DNA of 20,000 nt, taken from IMG/VR virus record IMGVR_UViG_3300002835_000132; one strand, 5' to 3'. The translations under genes were made by a program, and so were the position numbers. Positions 9,176 through 16,380 of the stretch are shown here, piece by piece (within the stretch, counting starts at the first letter, position 1; every line of letters begins with the position of its first letter). The DNA is from an uncultured virus (IMG/VR IMGVR_UViG_3300002835_000132). Lineage: Duplodnaviria > Heunggongvirae > Uroviricota > Caudoviricetes. The notes under the pieces are model-generated. The model ran no database searches and was not told where the DNA came from. It was given only the letters and a program-made list of their open reading frames with translations.

Positions 9176-12162
9176 TGGCGATAACGCAAAAGACGACAAA
9201 ATACTTTTACCCTCCAAGACCTGGTAGTGGTGCTGCAACCTTCTCTGACAATATTGTAGGATTACAAACAGTTGAGGGTGGTGGACTTACGCAAGGTAAC
9301 TTTGAGTTCACAACTTCAGTGGTTGAAAAGGTTAATAGAACTTTTAGTGTTGGAGCGTTTTCTGAACCTATTAATTTAGGTGATTTAAATATTAATGATT
9401 TAGCTGAGAGTAGAAGAATTATGGCAACACAGTTTAGGGTTTATCCTAACTACGATGTGTCACAAGTCTTAAACTTCTCAATGTATGGTTCGTTGAGTAA
9501 AAGATTTCAAGTATCTATTACAAAAATTATTAATTATTTTCCAGCAGCGTTAGATGTTATTTTCACTAACTTGGATTTTACTACAGGCGCCACTGCAACT
9601 AATATTCTTTACGACCCTGTCGAAGATGAAACTTACTTTCAAGTGAATGTTGATAGGATTAACAATCCTTTTGATATTGATTACTCAGTAAGTGCTGCAA
9701 CCAACTTATCGGTTAGAGAAATACTTGTTTCTCCTTATAGAAATTTATATAACACTTACTTAGATTACTCTGTTAGTATTAATGATAACATATACAATAT
9801 TGTCTCATTCTTACCATCGGAAAATTTAACGACAGGGTTTATTCAATTCTATGTTTCGGGGGCTCCTTTTGGTACTACCGCAACAACAACCAATGAAAAT
9901 TTTCAAATAAGACCAAACGACTTAATTACAGATAAAATATTTTCCGAAGATTTCGATGAGGTTGAAAAATTTTTATTAAATAGATTGGTAAGACCAGAAT
10001 ATACAGCAGCATTCCAAGTACCCGCTCAAACTGAAAATGGGGAATTTTATGTTAAGTATCAACAAGTAACATGGCCAAAAGACGGTGGATGGAATTTAGA
10101 TATTAGGTCTTTCTTATTCGACGATTATTTAACGACATTGGAGACAATTGCCGTTGATTTAGATTCTTTTAAAAGTAATTTAATATCAAGATTTTTAGTT
10201 ACAGATTCTTTAAAAGAGTTTGACACCTTAGGACAAAAAGTTGAAAAAATATTTCAAATTTATGGTAGAAGTTTTGACCAAGTAAAACAGTTTATTGATG
10301 CGTTGTCATATATGAATTCGGTTAACTATAATCCGTCAAACGACATTCCATCACAATTACTTGTAAACTTGTCTCAAACTTTAGGATGGACTTCAAATTT
10401 TTCTCCAATTACAAATGAAGATTTTTTAAGTTCTGTGTTTGGAAATACAACAACTCCAACATACCCTGGTTATGCAAGAGCTCTAACTCCTACGGAATTA
10501 AATTATGCTTTTTATAGAAACTTAATTCTTAATGCTGCTTATCTATTCAAATCTAAAGGTACGAGAAGGTCGATTGAGTTTTTAATGAGATTAATAGGTG
10601 CTCCTGAATCGTTAATTGAATTCAACGAACACATATATCTTGCAGACCAAAGAATTAATTTAGACCAATTCTATACTCAATGGGCTAGTATTTCGGGAGG
10701 AACCTATGTTGAGGACACTCCAACATTTTTACCTGGTGAGACATATAAAATTAAAGGTAAGATATATTCAGGGTTTACTTCAACTTCAACATACGAAGAT
10801 GTTAATGTTAGATTAGAAGATTATCCTATTGATGCTTTAGGGTTCCCTGCCGCACCTTTAAATACAGAAGACTATTTCTTCCAATTAGGTGCGGGATGGT
10901 ATGAAGTCACACCACAACACAGAAGCCCTGACCAAGTTAGAATAACAGGTAGTGTTTATACAGGTCAAAACTATGATATTCAAACAACCTTAACTCCATT
11001 CTCATATGGTCAACCCTACTTGGATAGGTTTAGAGATTTTCCTTATATGACTGAAGGATTTAAACTAACTCAAGTAGTGGATAATAATAAATCATGGTTA
11101 GAAGAGGACAATAGAATTAGGGTTTCTACTAACGCTGACTATAACGCCTACTATTATGTGGATAATGAAAAATTAGTATTAAACGTTAAAAACGTTGACC
11201 TTTTCTTAAATCCATCACAAGGACTTGTTTATGACGTTTGGGAACAGTCAAAAAGATATGACTATCCGATACCTGAATCAGGTTTAACTGTCGGATATCC
11301 TGTCCCAGGTGGAGTAGATTGGACTTTTGTTAAGCCAGAACCAAAAAAGAAAACATTCTTTGAATTTTCTCAAACATTTTGGGAGAATATGATTAATGTT
11401 AGAAATAGACAATACATTAGTGATGGTAAAACTGGAGGGTACCCAACACTTCAGTCAATATGGTGGAAGTACATTGAACAAGAACAAACAATCAATATTC
11501 CAAATAACAAGTATACGTATCAAAAATTAATTGATTACGTAGATGGTATTGGGCCTTATTGGATGAAGTTAGTGGAACAGATGGTTCCCGCAACAACAAT
11601 ATGGAATACAGGGGTTAGAATGGAAAACTCTGTATTACACAAACAAAAGTTTGTTTATAGAAGACAAAGAGGATGCCAGTTCATACCAGTACCTGTTGAC
11701 CCTTGTTATATTATTTCAAACATATTTGATTACACCTGTACCACGGAATTTACAGACTTTAATATATACCCATGGTTGAATGGGGATATTCAGGTTAGTA
11801 ACTTCAATAGTATCTTATCAAACAGAGTTAATTCAATGTTGGCATCTAGTGGACTTACCCTAAACGATTGTATTCAAAATTCGGTTGAAAGTAATTGGTA
11901 TGTTGATTTACGAATAGCTGGTGATATTATTATACAAGAACTATTCTACACAGGGTATGGTTTAACAGACGTACCTTCAAACAGAGCTTGGAGAAACGCC
12001 TTAATTCAATACCTACCACAATTATATGACTTTGGTTATACGTATTACTTGAATGGTAATGTTTTAACAATAACTAGTCTAACGTGTACGGATAGAAATC
12101 TTGATGAAATTCTATCATTAAATTCAGGAATAAACATCAGCATAAATTGTAAGGCTAACTAA
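9175..12162 (+). CDS. Putative baseplate wedge protein (P2 gpI / T4 gp7-like region) with extra N- and C-terminal domains, 995 aa
   Basis: IPSQLLVNLSQTLGW...YRNLILNAAYLFKSKGTRRSIEFLMRLIG (about 10345-10600) resembles the L-x-x-L-A-x-x-x-G-W...Y-x-x-K-G-T-x-x-[SG]-I signature of contractile-tail wedge subunits. The later LVEQMVPATT fits the conserved downstream proline motif of such proteins. Confidence 0.6.
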   Translation: MAITQKTTKYFYPPRPGSGAATFSDNIVGLQTVEGGGLTQGNFEFTTSVVEKVNRTFSVGAFSEPINLGDLNINDLAESRRIMATQFRVYPNYDVSQVLNFSMYGSLSKRFQVSITKIINYFPAALDVIFTNLDFTTGATATNILYDPVEDETYFQVNVDRINNPFDIDYSVSAATNLSVREILVSPYRNLYNTYLDYSVSINDNIYNIVSFLPSENLTTGFIQFYVSGAPFGTTATTTNENFQIRPNDLITDKIFSEDFDEVEKFLLNRLVRPEYTAAFQVPAQTENGEFYVKYQQVTWPKDGGWNLDIRSFLFDDYLTTLETIAVDLDSFKSNLISRFLVTDSLKEFDTLGQKVEKIFQIYGRSFDQVKQFIDALSYMNSVNYNPSNDIPSQLLVNLSQTLGWTSNFSPITNEDFLSSVFGNTTTPTYPGYARALTPTELNYAFYRNLILNAAYLFKSKGTRRSIEFLMRLIGAPESLIEFNEHIYLADQRINLDQFYTQWASISGGTYVEDTPTFLPGETYKIKGKIYSGFTSTSTYEDVNVRLEDYPIDALGFPAAPLNTEDYFFQLGAGWYEVTPQHRSPDQVRITGSVYTGQNYDIQTTLTPFSYGQPYLDRFRDFPYMTEGFKLTQVVDNNKSWLEEDNRIRVSTNADYNAYYYVDNEKLVLNVKNVDLFLNPSQGLVYDVWEQSKRYDYPIPESGLTVGYPVPGGVDWTFVKPEPKKKTFFEFSQTFWENMINVRNRQYISDGKTGGYPTLQSIWWKYIEQEQTINIPNNKYTYQKLIDYVDGIGPYWMKLVEQMVPATTIWNTGVRMENSVLHKQKFVYRRQRGCQFIPVPVDPCYIISNIFDYTCTTEFTDFNIYPWLNGDIQVSNFNSILSNRVNSMLASSGLTLNDCIQNSVESNWYVDLRIAGDIIIQELFYTGYGLTDVPSNRAWRNALIQYLPQLYDFGYTYYLNGNVLTITSLTCTDRNLDEILSLNSGINISINCKAN

Positions 12163-14297
12163 TGGCATCATTTGATTATAACTTATCGATAACAGGAGAC
12201 TGTAGTAATACCAATAATGGTATTATAAGTTTATCCTTATTAGGAGGTACTCCTCCATACACTGTACAATGGCAGTCACCTTTGACTCAAGTTGATTTGG
12301 TTACAACAGGGGCTTCGATAGTGACAGGATTATCTGCGTCAACATATACCGCCAGAGTTAACGATAGTACATTACCTACCAACCAAGAATTCTATATTAA
12401 TGTACCCGTTTCGAGTGGAGTTTGTGCGTCAATTCTTTCAGTACAAGATACAACTTGTAATTCGGATAATGGGTCGGTTGTCGGTACATCAACATCACAA
12501 TATTCGTCAACAAATTTCTATTTGTTGGGGATGGATAATAGTTTAATTCAATCTGGTGTTACAAACACACCTGAATTTACTTTTGGGGGATTAAGTGCGG
12601 GTACCTATTTCCTTCTTGCTGAAGATTTGGGAGGATGTTCAGGTATAACACAAAGTTTTATTATCGATACTTCTGAAGAGTTTAGTTTTGGTTTGTACGT
12701 AGTTCCTAACTCTAGTTGCGGTGGAGTACCTATTGGTAAAATTACCGTAACAGGGGAAACAGGGTTAGCTCCTTTTACTTATCTGTGGAGTGATGGTCAA
12801 ACGGGTAGTACTATTACAGGGTTAACAAAAGGTAACTATTCAGTCGCTGTGACAGATGCTTACGGATGTACAAAATCAATGGAAGGGTCGGTAACTGACG
12901 TTAACGTTATTGGACTTGGACTTATAACTTCAGTATCACCATCATGTTTACAAAGTAATGGGTCAATTAGTTTAACCATTACAGGTGGAACCGCGCCATT
13001 TTACTATTCAGCCTCAACAGGTAATGTTGAAATATCTTATGGTAGAACATTCTCAATATCAGGATTATCTGCGGGAGATTATAACTTCCAAGTAACTGAT
13101 GCAGGATTTTGTCAGACATTTGCGGGAACGACTTTACAAACGCCTGGAGGAATAACTTCAGTATCTGTAAATAATCAAAATTCAACTTGTTCAAGTACTG
13201 ATGGCTCAATTCAGATTTCAGTTGTTGGAGGAACAACACCTTATACATATACTTTAATCTATCCATCAGGAGCACAAACAAACATCAACAATTCACAAAC
13301 AACTCAATTATTTGACGGATTAGGAAGTGGAACTTATACAGTTGCGGTTTCTGACAATTCGGGATGTTCGTATATTCAAGAGATAACAATAATCACTGAG
13401 AATAAATTTACGATATCTACAGACGTTGTGTCAACAAGTTGTAACCAAAATAATGGACAAGTTACCATCTATTCAACAACAGGGGGAACAATGCCTTTGG
13501 ATTATTCTGTTGACGGAATTTTCAATGTGATAGACACAAACTTAAGTGCGGTAACCTTTAATAATTTATCCGCAGGAACACATACCGTTTCAGTGACAGA
13601 TTCTGATGGGTGTACTCAAACTGCAAATATTTTAATACCATTTAGCCAACGATTAGATTACTCATTATTCACAACATCTTGTGGTAGTGGTGATAGTGGT
13701 AAAATAACTGCCTTTATTAGTTCAGGTGAACCACCGTTTAGTTTTAATTGGTCGGACAACGTACCGAATGAACCACAGCAAATACAAGTAACAGGTTTAA
13801 CAGGGGGGTCATATAGTTTAACTGTTGTTGATGCTAACGGATGTACACTTTCGAGAAACGCTACAATAACTTGTAATAAAAACTATGCTTCTTATCAAAC
13901 ATATGTAATGGGTGCAGAAGTATTCAATATTACGTCACCAACTAAATTTGGTTTATTACAAATGTTAAACGAAGGATTCTTTGATTTAACAACAGGAAAT
14001 ACTAGTTGTGATTTAATTAGTGCAACATTCACTGCGAAAGTGTCGGTAAACCCTGCAGGACTAACTGCACAACAAGAATTTTTTACTTCAACATCTTTGG
14101 TACAGGCTCCAAGTGATAATACATGGTACAACACAGTCAAATCTTTGTTACTAAGTATTCCTGGTGTGGGTAACGTAACTATAGACCAATTAAATAATCA
14201 AATAACGATTGAAACAAGTAGAAATAATACTTCATTAGAAGGACAAGAAATTGTTTTAGACTTAGTAATTGTTTATGACATAATCTGTTTATCATGA
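12162..14297 (+). CDS. SprB-like repeat protein (7 tandem ~80-aa beta-sandwich units plus C-terminal domain), 711 aa
   Basis: Seven units of the form C-x3-4-(N/D)G-x-I...GGT-x-P-(Y/F)...GLSAG-x-Y-x-V-x-V-x-D-x-x-GC, the pattern of Bacteroidota SprB repeats. No signal peptide or recognisable T9SS C-terminal signal. TAATG coupling to the upstream gene. Confidence 0.75.
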   Translation: MASFDYNLSITGDCSNTNNGIISLSLLGGTPPYTVQWQSPLTQVDLVTTGASIVTGLSASTYTARVNDSTLPTNQEFYINVPVSSGVCASILSVQDTTCNSDNGSVVGTSTSQYSSTNFYLLGMDNSLIQSGVTNTPEFTFGGLSAGTYFLLAEDLGGCSGITQSFIIDTSEEFSFGLYVVPNSSCGGVPIGKITVTGETGLAPFTYLWSDGQTGSTITGLTKGNYSVAVTDAYGCTKSMEGSVTDVNVIGLGLITSVSPSCLQSNGSISLTITGGTAPFYYSASTGNVEISYGRTFSISGLSAGDYNFQVTDAGFCQTFAGTTLQTPGGITSVSVNNQNSTCSSTDGSIQISVVGGTTPYTYTLIYPSGAQTNINNSQTTQLFDGLGSGTYTVAVSDNSGCSYIQEITIITENKFTISTDVVSTSCNQNNGQVTIYSTTGGTMPLDYSVDGIFNVIDTNLSAVTFNNLSAGTHTVSVTDSDGCTQTANILIPFSQRLDYSLFTTSCGSGDSGKITAFISSGEPPFSFNWSDNVPNEPQQIQVTGLTGGSYSLTVVDANGCTLSRNATITCNKNYASYQTYVMGAEVFNITSPTKFGLLQMLNEGFFDLTTGNTSCDLISATFTAKVSVNPAGLTAQQEFFTSTSLVQAPSDNTWYNTVKSLLLSIPGVGNVTIDQLNNQITIETSRNNTSLEGQEIVLDLVIVYDIICLS

Positions 14298-14653
14298 CAC
14301 AAGTTAGAATAACCGAAATATCAGGGGGTACTTACCCTATTCAAGTTTACATAGCAGATATCTATGGTAACAACAGTACTTTAATAGGTACTATTAGTTC
14401 GGGACCTGTTCCACCAACAGTGAAATATAATACTGTTATACCTAGTATTTTTCAGAATGCGCCACAAATAATGTTAACATTAGTTGACTCAAATAATTGT
14501 GTTGTCTTTAAAATATTAGATTGTACTTTCGGATGTGACTTCCAAATCACAATTGAATTAGCATCTTGTGTTGTTAACATCGACATCCAAGAATCAAATT
14601 GTAATTTTAATATATATTCTTCCGATGCGTCGTGTGAAATATATCTCGCATAG
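14294..14653 (+). CDS. Small Cys-rich protein, 119 aa, with one degenerate SprB-like unit and an 11-aa Cys repeat
   Basis: ATGA overlap with the upstream stop. Contains ISGGTYPI...LTLVDSNNC. Cys codons at 14534, 14567, 14600 and 14633. Confidence 0.7.
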   Translation: MTQVRITEISGGTYPIQVYIADIYGNNSTLIGTISSGPVPPTVKYNTVIPSIFQNAPQIMLTLVDSNNCVVFKILDCTFGCDFQITIELASCVVNIDIQESNCNFNIYSSDASCEIYLA

Positions 14654-14714
14654 TTAAAAATAAATTCATTTTATTATTTTTAAGATAGTTGGTAAGGAAA
14701 TAGAATACTTGCGG

Positions 14715-14722
14715 TATTTATT
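14715..14722 (+). promoter_or_regulatory. Candidate phage late-promoter box TATTTATT
   Basis: Lies in the 84-nt intergenic gap, starting 23 nt before ATG 14738, nearly the same spacing as the box at 8243. Confidence 0.4.
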
Positions 14723-14737
14723 TAATAAAAACAGCGG

Positions 14738-16363
14738 ATGTCCATATATTCTATTCTTGTAACTAATAACGCCCCAGGATGTGATACTGAAATTGAACAA
14801 CAATTAACAGTAACAGGGTGTACAACATATATTGTTAGACTTGCTTCTAACTCAAACGCTCTTGGGCCATTTAATATCTATGTCGATGACGTTCTTTATT
14901 ATGCAAATGCGTCAAGAAATGACATGTTTAATGGTATTGTAGTTGCGTTAGAATGTGTTACTCCAACACCAACTGCAACTCCTACTCCAACACCAGGTGC
15001 AACAAACACCCCAACACCATCAGAAACTGCGACTAATACACCGACTCCATCAGAAACGGCAACTAGTACACCAACACCTACTGAAACTCCAACTCAAACA
15101 CCTTCAATAGGTGCTAGCCCTACGCCAACTGAGACTCCAACTGAAACTCCAACAGAGACTCCAACAGAGACTCCAACTGCGACACCTACAAATACTTCTA
15201 CAGTAACACCAACTAATACTGAAACACCTACTGAGACTCCAACTGAGACTCCTACAAACACGCCAACTAATACCGAAACATCTACCCCAACTCCAACAGA
15301 GACTCCAACAGAGACTCCAACAGAGACCCCTACTCAAACACCTACTAACACAGAGACCCCTACAAATACACCAAGTGAGACTCCAACTGAGACTCCAACA
15401 TCAACTCCAACTGAGACTCCAACAAATACTCCAAGTGAAACACCTACGGAAACTCCTACAGAGACTCCTACGGAAACTCCTACGGAAACTCCAACAAATA
15501 CTCCGACTCAGACGGAAACTCCAACAAATACACCAAGTGAGACGCCTACAAATACTCCAAGTGAAACTCAAACATCGACTCCAACTCCTACTGCAACCGA
15601 AACACCTACACCAACTAATACCGCAACAATAACGGCAACTCCAACTGAGACGGCAACACCTACGGCAACCGCAACAATGACTCCTACCGAGACGGCAACT
15701 CCTACGGCAACCGCAACTGAAACACCTACACCAACTAACACCGCTACTACAACTGAAACACCTACACCAACTCAAACTCAAACACCTACACCGACAAACG
15801 CACCGTTACTTGCTTACTTAACAATTGAACCTCAAGGACTTACATCAAGCTTTAATGGATGGATGTTGTCTCAAGGAAGTACATGGAGAGGATATTTCAT
15901 TAATGGTCCAACAACGGCTAATTCAGTAACGTTTAACCAACAAATGAACGCTTACTTACAATACTCAGGTTGGGGAGGTAATGCACCTGCAATTATTACA
16001 GGTACAATTTCGCCAACAACAGGGGGAGTTGATGCATATGGTAATCCAATCAACGCATATCTGTTCCAAACAACTCAAGTTGCGGCAGGAACAACACCAA
16101 CAAACGCTTGGTATACTTGGTACGTTTCAACAGGAGCAACAAATGGTCAAATTATGACTCAAATTGGTACGAATACCGCAGGTAATCCAAACGCATTAAC
16201 AGCAAGAAACTTAAATTCAACTATCGCAACAATTCCTGTTGGATTTACAGGTTCGACAATTCCACCAGGAACTTATCGAGTTTACACAACATATAGTAAT
16301 ACCGAATTTAGAATAAACGCGTCAGCGAATAATGTTTACTTCAAAGGAAACACCTTAATATAA
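14738..16363 (+). CDS. PT/TPTE-repeat (mucin-like stalk) protein with N- and C-terminal globular domains, 541 aa
   Basis: 74-aa N-domain with 3 Cys, a 280-aa Thr/Pro/Glu low-complexity linker, and a ~187-aa aromatic-rich C-domain. Confidence 0.8.
   Translation: MSIYSILVTNNAPGCDTEIEQQLTVTGCTTYIVRLASNSNALGPFNIYVDDVLYYANASRNDMFNGIVVALECVTPTPTATPTPTPGATNTPTPSETATNTPTPSETATSTPTPTETPTQTPSIGASPTPTETPTETPTETPTETPTATPTNTSTVTPTNTETPTETPTETPTNTPTNTETSTPTPTETPTETPTETPTQTPTNTETPTNTPSETPTETPTSTPTETPTNTPSETPTETPTETPTETPTETPTNTPTQTETPTNTPSETPTNTPSETQTSTPTPTATETPTPTNTATITATPTETATPTATATMTPTETATPTATATETPTPTNTATTTETPTPTQTQTPTPTNAPLLAYLTIEPQGLTSSFNGWMLSQGSTWRGYFINGPTTANSVTFNQQMNAYLQYSGWGGNAPAIITGTISPTTGGVDAYGNPINAYLFQTTQVAAGTTPTNAWYTWYVSTGATNGQIMTQIGTNTAGNPNALTARNLNSTIATIPVGFTGSTIPPGTYRVYTTYSNTEFRINASANNVYFKGNTLI
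14960..15799 (+). repeat. Coding degenerate tandem repeat (6/12-nt units such as ACTCCAACAGAG) encoding (T/S-X)n
   Basis: [16 protein letters not shown] units read directly from the sequence. Confidence 0.9.
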
Positions 16364-16380
16364 AAAAATAAAAAAAGAAC

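Noticed and set aside
753..14140. Small nested ORFs (753, 2501, 4712, 5598, 8955, 12979, 13895)
   Set aside because: All lie wholly inside long coupled genes, are short, and show no recognisable motifs or independent signals.
12162..14297. Cellular gliding adhesin gene sprB
   Set aside because: Far shorter than SprB, no signal peptide, no T9SS C-terminal signal, and coupled to a baseplate-like gene, so the symbol was not assigned.
15104..15781. Cys/Trp/Arg-rich and Gln/Leu-rich ORFs (15104-15337, 15375-15632, 15401-15781)
   Set aside because: Shadow frames of the TPTE repeat.
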